Shown here piece after piece: positions 1 through 8,572 of a stretch of DNA of 61,920 nt (the stretch's first letter is position 1; each line of letters starts with the position of its first letter). The stretch lies in the NCBI GenBank assembly GCA_903959175.1, contig CAJBVW010000147.1, forward strand, positions 1 to 61,920, read 5' to 3'. Below the pieces are notes generated by a model, which did not search any database, was not told the origin of the DNA, and saw only the letters and a program-made list of their open reading frames with translations. The position numbers and the translations under genes are program-made. The DNA comes from an uncultured Pseudomonadota bacterium (GTDB lineage: Bacteria > Myxococcota_A > UBA796 > SXON01).

Positions 1-392
1 GCGAGCCGCGTCCTCCCCGCGAACCCCGTGAACCCCGTGAACCGCGCGCCGAAGGCACCGGCGAGCCCCGCGGCGAGCGCAAGGAGCGCGGCGAGCGTCG
101 GGAGCGCGGCGAGAAGCGTGAGCGCCCCGCGGCCCCCGTGGCCGAGGGCGAGGCGCAGCCCCTCCTCGAGGCCCCCGCGGCCACGAACGACGCGGCGCCG
201 GCGCAGGCCGACGACGGCGGCGAGGACGAGGGGACCGAAGAGGGTGGCGAGGCCGGCGCGGCCAAGAAGCGCCGTCGTCGTCGTCGTCGTCCGGGCGCCC
301 GCGGCGCGGAAGGCGCGTCCGCCGAGGGCGGCGAGTCCTCCGGTGGCGAGCCCTCCGGTGGGGACACGACGGGCGGCGGCTCCGCCGAGTAG
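1..392 (+). CDS. 3' end of an upstream gene (partial): Arg/Glu/Gly-rich low-complexity C-terminal tail, function not assignable
   Basis: The frame starting at nt 3 is open from the window edge to TAG 390-392. It translates as EPRPPREPREPREPRAEG...KKRRRRRRRPG...GGSAE with G/C-rich third positions. The competing frame (28..444) is an Arg/Pro/Ala shadow ORF. Confidence 0.5.
   Translation, partial: EPRPPREPREPREPRAEGTGEPRGERKERGERRERGEKRERPAAPVAEGEAQPLLEAPAATNDAAPAQADDGGEDEGTEEGGEAGAAKKRRRRRRRPGARGAEGASAEGGESSGGEPSGGDTTGGGSAE
273..290 (+). repeat. (CGT)6 trinucleotide run encoding six consecutive Arg
   Basis: Read directly: cgtcgtcgtcgtcgtcgt, in frame with the partial CDS (KKR RRRRRR). A 9-bp unit gaaccccgt is also repeated in tandem at about 21-38. 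Confidence 0.9.
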
Positions 393-425
393 CGTACGAG
401 GGCATCGGCGGTCTACACTCCGCCG

Positions 426-1235
426 ATGCTGCTCTCCTTGCTGACGTTCGTCCTGGCCCCCGCCGCCCTCGCCCAAGACGAAGGCGGCCTCTCCCTCACG
501 CCCGCGAGCGAGATCGATCTCTCGGGCCCCGGGGACGCTCCCCTCTCCTACGAGGGCGGGCTCGCGGGCAACGCCCCCGGCTACGTGCGCGGGAAGCCGC
601 TCACCATCACGCACGCCTCCGGGAACGTGGCGGTGCGCTGCATGGAGGTCGAGGCCCTGTCCGGCCGCCTCCAGTACACGGTCTTCGGGTCCAGCGAGGG
701 CCCGATGGAGGCCTACGGCAAGGGCATCGGCATCGCCGTCTGGGGCGACTCCAAGGGAGGCGGCGCCAAGACACGCGTGCCGTCGAAGACCTCGGGCGTC
801 GCCCGCGCCCAGATCGACCTCACGGTCAACGTGCCGAAGGGCACCACGAGCCTCACCGTCTCCCAGACGGGCAGCGGGTGGGTGCAGGTGCTCGGCTGCT
901 CCGGCAACGTGAAGGTCACCGGCGGCACCGGCGGCGTCTACGTGGGCGGCCCGCTCGCCGCGTTCACCGTCAGCGCCGCGGGCGGCGACGTGAAGGTCGT
1001 CGTCGAGGGTGACGGCGTCCTCACGGGCACCTCCACGGCGACCTCTCCCGGCAACCTCACCGTCGTCCTCCCCTCCGCGCAGGGCGGGAAGCTGGCCGTG
1101 AAGGGCGACGAGGTCGCGGTGCAGCAGGTGGTGATGGGCACCAACACCCCCACGCTCGTGAGCGGCGAGATGGGCCTGAGCGGCCCCTCCATCACCCTGT
1201 CGGCGACGAAGCGGGCCGAGGTCAACTCTCCCTGA
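426..1235 (+). CDS. Secreted beta-rich protein, possibly DUF4097/putative-adhesin-like
   Basis: N-terminal signal peptide MLLSLLTFVLAPAALA-QD. Gly/Val/Thr-rich repeated strand pattern (GNVKVTGGTGGVYVGG...GGDVKVVVEGDG). Strong GC3. The family label comes only from the repeat pattern. Confidence 0.6.
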   Translation: MLLSLLTFVLAPAALAQDEGGLSLTPASEIDLSGPGDAPLSYEGGLAGNAPGYVRGKPLTITHASGNVAVRCMEVEALSGRLQYTVFGSSEGPMEAYGKGIGIAVWGDSKGGGAKTRVPSKTSGVARAQIDLTVNVPKGTTSLTVSQTGSGWVQVLGCSGNVKVTGGTGGVYVGGPLAAFTVSAAGGDVKVVVEGDGVLTGTSTATSPGNLTVVLPSAQGGKLAVKGDEVAVQQVVMGTNTPTLVSGEMGLSGPSITLSATKRAEVNSP

Positions 1236-1247
1236 GGAGCGGCGTCA

Positions 1248-1271
1248 CCTCTCCCCGACGGCCGGGAGAGG
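1248..1271. terminator. GC hairpin between convergent genes (candidate bidirectional terminator)
   Basis: cctctccc (1248-1255) pairs with gggagagg (1264-1271) around an 8-nt loop. It lies in the 44-nt gap between the stop at 1235 (+) and the stop at 1280 (-). There is no clear U-tract. Confidence 0.35.
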
Positions 1272-1279
1272 GGCGCCGA

Positions 1280-1681
1280 TCAGGTGCCGCGCGTGGTGTC
1301 CATCGTCCAGACGGACATGGCCTTCACGCGCGCGCCGGAGCCGATGATCCGGGCGTGGCAAGCGAGCCGGAAGGTCGGCTTCTCCTTCCACTTCTCGTCG
1401 AGCAGCTTCTGCTCGGCGGCCGTGGCCGCGGCGAGGCCGGACCCGTCGAGCACGTCAATCGTGCAGCCGCCGCATCCGCCGTCCGGGCAGCCGGTGGCGA
1501 TGGGCGTCTCGAGCGTCTGCGAGGCCATGACCACGGTGTAGCGAGGCTCGGCCTTGACCGAGTACTCCTTGCCAGTGGGCAGGACGATCGTGAGGGTGAG
1601 CTCGTCGTCGGAGCGCGTCGCCTTCTTATCGGCGCCGCCCACGATGCCCTTGATGCGGTTGCGGATTCCCCAGGGTGTCAC
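1280..1681 (-). CDS. 2Fe-2S ferredoxin-like protein (plant-type Cys pattern)
   Basis: Motif GCPDGGCGGCT (C-x4-C-x2-C) plus a distal LACHA cysteine. The GTG start at 1681 overlaps the upstream stop as GTGA. Confidence 0.7.
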   Translation of the reverse strand: MTPWGIRNRIKGIVGGADKKATRSDDELTLTIVLPTGKEYSVKAEPRYTVVMASQTLETPIATGCPDGGCGGCTIDVLDGSGLAAATAAEQKLLDEKWKEKPTFRLACHARIIGSGARVKAMSVWTMDTTRGT

Positions 1682-2538
1682 TTCGTCTCCTCGCGTTCGT
1701 TGCCTTCGAGCTCCCGGATGAGGAACGCAACCGCGTCATCGACCGAATCCGTCCGGTGGACGAGGCTCAGGTCACGCTCTGCGATGGTACCCCACTCGAC
1801 CATCTTCTCGAGGTTGATGATCGAGTCCCAATACTCGGTGCCGAAGAGCACCATGGGCAGCTTCTTCTTGATCTTGCCGGTCTGGCGGAGGGTGAGGATC
1901 TCGAAGAGCTCGTCCAACGTGCCGAAGCCGCCAGGGAGGATCACCATCGCCTTGGCGAGGTAGGCGAACCAGTACTTCCGCATGAAGAAGTAGTGGAACT
2001 GGAACGCCAGTTCGGGGGTGCAGTAGTCGTTCACGCTCTCTTCGAAGGGGAGCGAGATGCCGAGGCCGACGCTGCGGCCGCCCTCGACGTCGGCGGCGCC
2101 GCGGTTGGACGCCTCCATGATGCCGGGCCCGCCGCCGGAGCAGATGACGTAGCGACGGCCGCCGGTGCGCTCGATGCTCCACTTCGTGAGCCGGAGGGCG
2201 ATCTCGCGCGTGTCGTCGTAGTAGCGGGCCAGGCGGATGCCGCGCTGGGCCTGGGCGAGCTCGGCGACGGCCTTCGGGCGGTGGGCCTCGTCCATCACGG
2301 CCTCGAGGGCGCGCTGGGCGCGGTCGAGGTCGGCGCGGGCGTGCTCCGGATCCCGCACGCGCGCGGAGCCGAACATCACGATCGTGTCCTTGACCTGCTG
2401 CTCGATGAAGCGCGTACGCGGCTCCTCGTACTCACAGAGGAGACGGATGTGCCGCGCGTGGCTGCTGTTGAGGAACTTCAGGTTCTTGTAGGCTTTCTCG
2501 GTCGGCGGCACCCGGACTCCGTGGAAAAGTCCGTTCAT
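1678..2538 (-). CDS. LOG / TIGR00730-type Rossmann-fold nucleotide-binding protein (lysine-decarboxylase-like, PpnN/LOG family)
   Basis: Motifs SGGGPGIMEA and PGGFGTLDELFE. Start set at ATG 2538 (MNGLFHG...); the ORF-track start at 2673 adds an Arg/Pro-rich leader that looks non-coding. Confidence 0.75.
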   Translation of the reverse strand: MNGLFHGVRVPPTEKAYKNLKFLNSSHARHIRLLCEYEEPRTRFIEQQVKDTIVMFGSARVRDPEHARADLDRAQRALEAVMDEAHRPKAVAELAQAQRGIRLARYYDDTREIALRLTKWSIERTGGRRYVICSGGGPGIMEASNRGAADVEGGRSVGLGISLPFEESVNDYCTPELAFQFHYFFMRKYWFAYLAKAMVILPGGFGTLDELFEILTLRQTGKIKKKLPMVLFGTEYWDSIINLEKMVEWGTIAERDLSLVHRTDSVDDAVAFLIRELEGNEREETK

Positions 2539-2637
2539 GTAACGCACCGGCTTCTGCCCGGGCGGAGGTGACCGGCTCCCGGAGAATTCCGTCTCGTTTT
2601 GGTAGCGGTTCGTCAGGGGCGGGGTGTCTACAGTCGC

Positions 2638-2660
2638 GGGGCCGGTTCGGAGCCGGCCCC
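2638..2660 (+). other. Perfect 8-bp GC hairpin in the leader of the 2685 lipoprotein gene
   Basis: ggggccgg (2638-2645) pairs with ccggcccc (2653-2660) around a 7-nt loop. It lies 11 nt upstream of the SD aaggag (2672-2677) in a divergent intergenic region. Confidence 0.4.
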
Positions 2661-2684
2661 ACCGTTCCCCCAAGGAGTCCCCCG

Positions 2685-3266
2685 ATGACCCGCCTCTCCA
2701 TCCTCGTGCCCCTGGCCCTGCTCTCGGGCTGCATCATCTACGACACCCGCGCCGGGAAGTGCCCGGGCTGCGAGAAGGACGACGGGCGGGACACCGGCGA
2801 CGACGACCGCGACGACACGGGCGGCCCCACCGACACCGGCGGCGCGACCGACACCGACACCCCCACGGACACCGGCGCCGAGGCGCCCGAGAACGCCTTC
2901 ACGCTCACGCCGAACGTGGCCGACATCGGGACGACGTTCATTGCCTCGCTCACGACGGACGTTGGCTTCGACTACGGCACCGTCCAGGGCGTGGAGCTCT
3001 ACGGCGACGCCGAGGTGCTCGCCACCGATGCACGCGCCGACGAGCTCCTCCTCACGATCTCGGTCCCCGCGGACGCCGCGCCTGGCAGCGTCGACCTCCT
3101 GCTGCTCCTCCCGGACGACCGCGTCTCCTTCGTCGCGGACGCCCTCACCCTCGTGGTCGCCGGCTCCGACGACCCCTCCGAGACCGAGGGGGGCAGCGGC
3201 ACGGACGACGGTAGCGGCACCGACGGCAGCGGCACCGGCACGGACGATAGTGGCAGCTGCCCCTGA
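2685..3266 (+). CDS. Lipoprotein with an Asp/Thr-rich linker
   Basis: ATG 2685 is preceded by the SD aaggag. Signal peptide and lipobox MTRLSILVPLALLSGC, then a DTGDDDRDDTGGPTDTGGATDTDTPTDTG linker and a beta-rich domain. Confidence 0.7.
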   Translation: MTRLSILVPLALLSGCIIYDTRAGKCPGCEKDDGRDTGDDDRDDTGGPTDTGGATDTDTPTDTGAEAPENAFTLTPNVADIGTTFIASLTTDVGFDYGTVQGVELYGDAEVLATDARADELLLTISVPADAAPGSVDLLLLLPDDRVSFVADALTLVVAGSDDPSETEGGSGTDDGSGTDGSGTGTDDSGSCP

Positions 3267-3387
3267 ACGCACCGCGCTCGGCGCCCACCCCCTCCCCGGC
3301 GCGACCGGGCAGGGGGCTGCGGCGTTGACGCTCGCCCCGGTCGCCGGAGAGGCGCTACGTGGTTCGCCTGGAGCGAGGGAACCCGCC

Positions 3388-3909
3388 TTGACCCGCCCCG
3401 GGGCAGACCCGCTCGACATCACCGCGCTCTACTGCCGCTACGGGGACCTCGTGCTGGGCCGGTGCCGCACCCTCCTCCGGAACGAGGCGGACGCCCAGGA
3501 CGCCGTGCAGGAGGTCTTCCTGAAGCTGCACCGCTACCGCGACAGCTTCCGCGGCGAGTCCTCGCCCTCCACCTTCCTCTTCAAGATCGCGACCACGACC
3601 TGCCTGAACCGCATCCGCACGCGGAAGCGCCGCCCGGAAGACCCCGTCGAGGAGCTCCCTCCGGCGGTCGAAGCGACCGACAGCGTACTCGACCGCCTCG
3701 CCGTCCGGGACCTCGTGGAGCGGCTGCTCGCGAAGCAGGACGAGCGCACGCAGGACTGCGTGGTCTACCACTATGTCGACGGCATGACGCACGACGAGGT
3801 CGGCGACATCCTCGGCATCTCGGGCGCCGCCGTCCGCAAGCGGATCTCCACGTTCCGCGCCTCCCTGCGGGACGCCCCCCCTCCCTGGCTCGCGGAGATC
3901 GAACCATGA
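3388..3909 (+). CDS. ECF-type RNA polymerase sigma-70 family factor
   Basis: Region-2 pattern LLRNEADAQDAVQEVFLKLHRY and region-4 HTH pattern YHYVDGMTHDEVGDILGISGAAVRKRIS. The start is inferred as in-frame TTG 3388, because no in-frame ATG/GTG lies nearby, so it is uncertain. Confidence 0.8.
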   Translation: MTRPGADPLDITALYCRYGDLVLGRCRTLLRNEADAQDAVQEVFLKLHRYRDSFRGESSPSTFLFKIATTTCLNRIRTRKRRPEDPVEELPPAVEATDSVLDRLAVRDLVERLLAKQDERTQDCVVYHYVDGMTHDEVGDILGISGAAVRKRISTFRASLRDAPPPWLAEIEP

Positions 3910-4598
3910 CCCACATCTCCACGTTGAAGCTGCACCAGCTCCGCTACGGCGAGCTCGACGCGCACGCCCGTGCCCCGCTCGACGCCCACCTCGCCGCGTG
4001 CGCCGCCTGCGCCGCGCGCCTCTCCCACCAGGACGACACCCGCGCCGCCTTCGTCCGTGCGCCCGTCCCCGCCGCGATCCTCCCACGGCCGACGTGGTGG
4101 GAGCGCCTGGGCGCCCTCCGCGCCGCGCTCGTCTTGCTGCCCGTGCTGGCCGCGGGGCTCTTCGTGCTGCGCGGCGTCCCGACCATGGGCGCCCCCACCG
4201 TCGAGGCGCCCACCGAGCGCCTGAAGGGTGGCCGCCCCCTCCTCGAGGCGTGGGTGCAGACGGCGGACAGCGCCCGCCCGCTCTACACGGGGGAGCGCCT
4301 GCGCAGCGGCACGCGTGTGCAGCTCAAGTACGACGCCGGCCCCCACCGCTTCGTCACGATCGCGGGGCGCGACGCCCGCGGCACCGTCGAGGTCTACGGC
4401 ACCCTCCACGCGACCGGCCCGGGCCTCACCACGGCCCCGTTCGCGCTCACGCTCGACGACACGAAGGGCGAGCAGGCCTTCTTCGCGATCCTCACTGACA
4501 CGCGCCCCGCGCCCGACGCGGTGCAACGGGCCCTGAAGCAGTCCCCGATCCGAATGGAAGACAGCGAGATCGCGTCCGTGGTGCTTCTCAAGGAGTAG
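3906..4598 (+). CDS. Anti-sigma factor (zf-HC2-like N-terminus, one TM helix, periplasmic beta domain)
   Basis: ATG 3906 overlaps the sigma-factor stop (ATGA). The N-terminus reads HLAACAACAARL. One TM helix (LRAALVLLPVLAAGLFVL). The periplasmic segment GERLRSGTRVQLKYDAGPHRFVTIAGRDARGTVEVY resembles DUF4384, recalled from memory. Confidence 0.7.
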   Translation: MTHISTLKLHQLRYGELDAHARAPLDAHLAACAACAARLSHQDDTRAAFVRAPVPAAILPRPTWWERLGALRAALVLLPVLAAGLFVLRGVPTMGAPTVEAPTERLKGGRPLLEAWVQTADSARPLYTGERLRSGTRVQLKYDAGPHRFVTIAGRDARGTVEVYGTLHATGPGLTTAPFALTLDDTKGEQAFFAILTDTRPAPDAVQRALKQSPIRMEDSEIASVVLLKE

Positions 4599-4600
4599 GC

Positions 4601-6397
4601 GTGTTCGTCCTCTGGAGCTCGTTCGCCGCGGCCGAAGTGCTCCGCCACGCCCTCATCGTCGGGGCGAACCAGGGCGGAGGGACCCTCGATCCGCTCCGCT
4701 ACGCCGAGCTCGACGCGGAGCGCGTCTCCACCGTGCTCGTCGAGCTCGGGAACTTCGACCCGGCCCACGTCACCGTGCTCTACGGCCCGACCGCCGCCGA
4801 GCTCAAGGCCGCCCTCCACGCGCACGCGACCACATCCAGATCCTTCGACGAGGATCTTTTCCTCTTCTACTACTCCGGCCATGCCGACGCCCGCGGCCTC
4901 CGCCTCGGCAACGAGCTCTACACCTACGAGGCGGTGCGCGGCGACATCCGCGCCATCGACGCCGACGTGAGGCTCGGCATGCTCGACGCCTGCCGCTCCG
5001 GCACCATCACCCGGCTCAAGGGCGCCGCCCTCTCCGAGCCCTTCCTCGTCGAAGAGCGGCTCGCCGCCAAGGGCGAGGCGTGGATGACCGCAGCCTCCGC
5101 CGACGAGGCCGCGCAGGAGTCCGACAAGCTCCGCGGCAGCTTCTTCACGCACTACCTGATCTCCGGCCTCCGCGGCGCTGCGGACAGCGGCGACGGCGAA
5201 GTCAGCCTGATGGAGGCGTATAACTACGCCTACGAGCGCGTCGTCGATCACACCGGCGGCACCGAGGCCGGCGCCCAGCACCCGAGCTTCGACATCGATC
5301 TGGAGGGTCAGGGCGAGCTCTCCCTCACGCGCGTCTCGCAGGGGCGCGCCACCGCCACCCTCCCCGCCGAGATCGCGGGCCAGATCACCGTGCTCCGCAT
5401 GCCGGATCGCACCCCCGTGGCCGAGGTGGCGAAGGTCCTCAACCGCCCCGTGACGCTCGCGCTCGCGCCGGGCACCTACCGCTTTCGCCTCCTCCAAGGC
5501 AAGGACCTGCGCGAAGTCGAGATCGGCCTCCAGGACGGCGCCCGCGTGACCGTCTCCCGGTGGGGCGCGCTCAACGCGGAGCTCGGCTCTCCCAAGGGCG
5601 AGCAGGTCGCGCTCGACGCCTACCAGCTCGCCCGACAGCAGGCCGAACACGGGCGCGCGTGGACGGTCGACGCGATGAACCCACAGGATCTCCGCCACTC
5701 TCCGCTCGTCGCGGGCGGCGCGAGCACGCTCCTGCCGGGCGCGGGGCAGTTCTACAACGGCCAGTGGGTGAAGGGCGGCGTGTTCTTCGCCGGCACCGCC
5801 GCTTTTCTGGGCAGCTCCGTCTTCGCCGCGGGGGCCAGCGACAACTTCTGGAACGGCAGCATCACTGGCCCCGACATGCTCCGGCTCACGGCAGCGATGC
5901 TCTACGGCGCCGCCATCGCGGACGCCTCCTACCAGGCCCAGCACCGCGAGTCGTTACGGCCGATGCGAGGATGGACGTTGTCCAGCTCCTCCCTGTGGTC
6001 TCCCGATCTCCTCGGCGCGCCCTACACCGCCGGCATAAACATGGAGTGGCTCGCGACGCGGAACCTCTCCGTGTCCCTCGACCGCCTCGGGTGGACCCAC
6101 ACCCCCGCCCGCGAGAACGTGTGGAGCCTCGGGAGCCGTCTCCAGATCGTGATCGACGGGAAGCGGCTTCGTCCCGGCGTCTTCGTCGCGGTGGGCGCAC
6201 GGCTCCGAGACCCCCTCGTGGGCGACACCGAGGTCATGCCGACCGTCGGCGGCGGCGCCACCGTGCGGTGGTACGTCACGCCGCGCTACTTCGTGGAGCA
6301 CGAGCTCCGCGTCGAGACCGAGGGCGGCCCCGCGGTGCTCCTCTTCGGCGGCGGGCTCGGCGTACACTTCGGCGGCGCGGGCAGCTCCGGAAGCTGA
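4601..6397 (+). CDS. Secreted caspase-fold (peptidase C14) protein with a C-terminal membrane/beta-strand module
   Basis: GTG 4601 lies 2 nt after the anti-sigma stop, with aaggag inside that gene's last codons. Signal-like N-terminus. His/Cys dyad context FYYSGHA ... MLDACRSG. Later a TM motif LLPGAGQFYNGQWVKGGVFFAGTAAFLG and alternating-strand C-terminus ending GLGVHF. Confidence 0.75.
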   Translation: MFVLWSSFAAAEVLRHALIVGANQGGGTLDPLRYAELDAERVSTVLVELGNFDPAHVTVLYGPTAAELKAALHAHATTSRSFDEDLFLFYYSGHADARGLRLGNELYTYEAVRGDIRAIDADVRLGMLDACRSGTITRLKGAALSEPFLVEERLAAKGEAWMTAASADEAAQESDKLRGSFFTHYLISGLRGAADSGDGEVSLMEAYNYAYERVVDHTGGTEAGAQHPSFDIDLEGQGELSLTRVSQGRATATLPAEIAGQITVLRMPDRTPVAEVAKVLNRPVTLALAPGTYRFRLLQGKDLREVEIGLQDGARVTVSRWGALNAELGSPKGEQVALDAYQLARQQAEHGRAWTVDAMNPQDLRHSPLVAGGASTLLPGAGQFYNGQWVKGGVFFAGTAAFLGSSVFAAGASDNFWNGSITGPDMLRLTAAMLYGAAIADASYQAQHRESLRPMRGWTLSSSSLWSPDLLGAPYTAGINMEWLATRNLSVSLDRLGWTHTPARENVWSLGSRLQIVIDGKRLRPGVFVAVGARLRDPLVGDTEVMPTVGGGATVRWYVTPRYFVEHELRVETEGGPAVLLFGGGLGVHFGGAGSSGS

Positions 6398-6481
6398 GTC
6401 GTGACCGCGCGCAACACGGAAAGGCGGCCGCGGCCGAGGTGACTATCCATGACGAAGGCACACTTCGTCGAGGAGACCCGG

Positions 6482-7063
6482 ATGTTGCTCAGCATGATCG
6501 TCGCGCTCGGGTGCGTGGGGGACGCGCCGCCCGGCGGGGATCGAAGCCTTCGCGCCGCCGGGAGCGGGGCCGTGCTGGCGCCCGCCGAGGCGACGCCGCG
6601 CGTCGCCTTCGCGTCGGTGGAGGGCCGCTCGGGGAGCGCGATGACGGGCGGCGTGACCTTCACCGCGGAGGGCGAGGCCGAGGAGGCGCCGCTCGCGGTC
6701 GCCATCGCGCTCACGGGCGCCGCTCCGGGAAACCACGCGATCTTCCTCCACGAAGCGGGCGACTGCTCCGCGCCGGACGCCACATCGGCCGCGGGGTGGT
6801 TCGGCCCGCCCACGCCGCCCGCGCTCCCCTCCCCCGGCACCGGCCCCCACGCCTCCGCCGGCCCCCCCGCGGGCTACCTCGGCTTCGTCACCGTCGGCGC
6901 GGACGGCCGCGGCGCCAAGGACCTCACCCTGCGCGCCTATACGCTCGGCGAGGGCCCCGCGTCGCTCCTGGAGCGGGCCGTCGTCGTCTACGAGCGGGCG
7001 CCGGACTTCACGCGCGGAGAGCAGCCCGGGGCGCGGCTCGCCTGCGGGGTGATCCGGCGCTGA
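6482..7063 (+). CDS. Cu/Zn-superoxide-dismutase-like lipoprotein with a degenerate metal site
   Basis: SD aggag lies 6 nt before ATG 6482. Lipobox MLLSMIVALGC. SodC-like blocks GNHAIFLHEAGDCS and GARLACGVI. The expected H-x-GDL block reads PAGYLGF and the late His block reads VVVYERAPDF. Confidence 0.6.
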   Translation: MLLSMIVALGCVGDAPPGGDRSLRAAGSGAVLAPAEATPRVAFASVEGRSGSAMTGGVTFTAEGEAEEAPLAVAIALTGAAPGNHAIFLHEAGDCSAPDATSAAGWFGPPTPPALPSPGTGPHASAGPPAGYLGFVTVGADGRGAKDLTLRAYTLGEGPASLLERAVVVYERAPDFTRGEQPGARLACGVIRR

Positions 7064-7075
7064 TCCACCTGCGGA

Positions 7076-8572
7076 CTACAGGATCACCGACTCCTGGTAC
7101 TCCCCGAACACGGCGCGGAGCGCGTCCGCGACCTCCCCCAGCGTCGCCTTCGCTTCGATGGCGGCGAGGATCGGCGGGAGGAGGTTGTCCGTGCCCGACG
7201 CGGCCTGCTGGATGGCGTCGAGGTGGTCCCGCGCGATGCGCTCGGCGCGGCCGGCGCGGAAGGCCTTGAGCCGGCCGACCTGCTCCGCCTCGAGGGCCGG
7301 ATCGACGCGGAGGAGGCCTTCGACCTGCACGTCCTCCTCGACGAACTGGTTCACGCCCACGACGATGTCCTGCTTGCGGTCGATGGCGAGCTGGGCCGCG
7401 TACGCCGCGTTCTGGATCTCGCGTTGGGGGAAGCCGCGCTCGATCGCGGACACCATGCCGCCCATCGCGTCGATCTCGGCGATGAGGCGGGTGGCCTCGT
7501 CCTCGAGCTTGTCGGTCAACCCCTCGATGACGTAGCTGCCGCCGAAGGGATCGACGTGTTTGGACACGCCGGACTCATAGGCGATCACCTGCTGCGTGCG
7601 GAGCGCGAGCCGCGCGGCGGGCTCCGACGGGAGCGCCAGGGCCTCGTCCCGCGAGTTCGTGTGGAGCGACTGCGTGCCGCCCATCACCGCGGCCATCGCC
7701 TGCACCGTCACGCGGACGACGTTGTTGTCGATCTGCTGGGCGGTGAGGGTGCTTCCGGCGGTCTGCGTGTGGAACCGCAGCATCATCGAGCGCGGGTCCT
7801 TCGCGCCGAAGCGGTCGCGCATGATGTGTGCCCACATGCGACGCGCCGCGCGGAACTTCGCGATCTCCTCGCAGAAGTCATTGTGCGCGTTGAAGAAGAA
7901 GGAGAGCCGCGGCCCGAAATCGTCGACGTGCTGGCCGGCGGCGATGGCTGCGTCGACATAGGCGATGCCGTCCGCCAGGGTGAACGCGATCTCCTGCGCG
8001 GCGGTCGAGCCGGCCTCGCGGATGTGGTAGCCCGAGATGGAGATGGTGTTCCACTTCGGGGCGTGCACGCCGCACCACGCGAAGATGTCGGTGATGATCC
8101 GCATGCTGGCGCGCGGCGGGTAGATGTAGGTCCCCCGGGCCATGTACTCCTTGAGGACGTCGTTCTGGATGGTGCCCTTGAGCGCGGTCGTCGGCACGCC
8201 GCGCGCACGTGCAACGCCGGCGTAGAGCGCCAGTAAGGTCGACGCCGTCGCGTTGATCGTCATGCTCGTGCTCACCTGGTCGAGCGGCAGCTTGTCGAGC
8301 AGGACGTGCATGTCGTCGAGAGTGTCGATCGCGACGCCGACCTTGCCGACCTCACCCGAGGCCATCGGATGGTCGGAGTCGTACCCCATCTGGGTGGGCA
8401 GGTCGAAGGCGACGGAGAGGCCGGTCTGGCCCTTCTCCAGGAGGTAGCGGTACCGCTCGTTGGAGCGGCGCGCGTCGCCGAAGCCGGCGTACTGGCGCAT
8501 CGTCCAGAGGCGGCCCTGGTACATCGTCGGGTGGATGCCCCGGGTGTACGGGAACGTGCCGGCGGGCTCCAT
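7076..8572 (-). CDS. Methylmalonyl-CoA mutase family, catalytic (TIM-barrel) subunit without a B12-binding domain
   Basis: [47 protein letters not shown] and [15 protein letters not shown] 8572 overlaps the BCCP stop (TGATG). About 498 aa, ending [11 protein letters not shown] before any B12 (DxHxxG) domain. Confidence 0.85.
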   Translation of the reverse strand: MEPAGTFPYTRGIHPTMYQGRLWTMRQYAGFGDARRSNERYRYLLEKGQTGLSVAFDLPTQMGYDSDHPMASGEVGKVGVAIDTLDDMHVLLDKLPLDQVSTSMTINATASTLLALYAGVARARGVPTTALKGTIQNDVLKEYMARGTYIYPPRASMRIITDIFAWCGVHAPKWNTISISGYHIREAGSTAAQEIAFTLADGIAYVDAAIAAGQHVDDFGPRLSFFFNAHNDFCEEIAKFRAARRMWAHIMRDRFGAKDPRSMMLRFHTQTAGSTLTAQQIDNNVVRVTVQAMAAVMGGTQSLHTNSRDEALALPSEPAARLALRTQQVIAYESGVSKHVDPFGGSYVIEGLTDKLEDEATRLIAEIDAMGGMVSAIERGFPQREIQNAAYAAQLAIDRKQDIVVGVNQFVEEDVQVEGLLRVDPALEAEQVGRLKAFRAGRAERIARDHLDAIQQAASGTDNLLPPILAAIEAKATLGEVADALRAVFGEYQESVIL

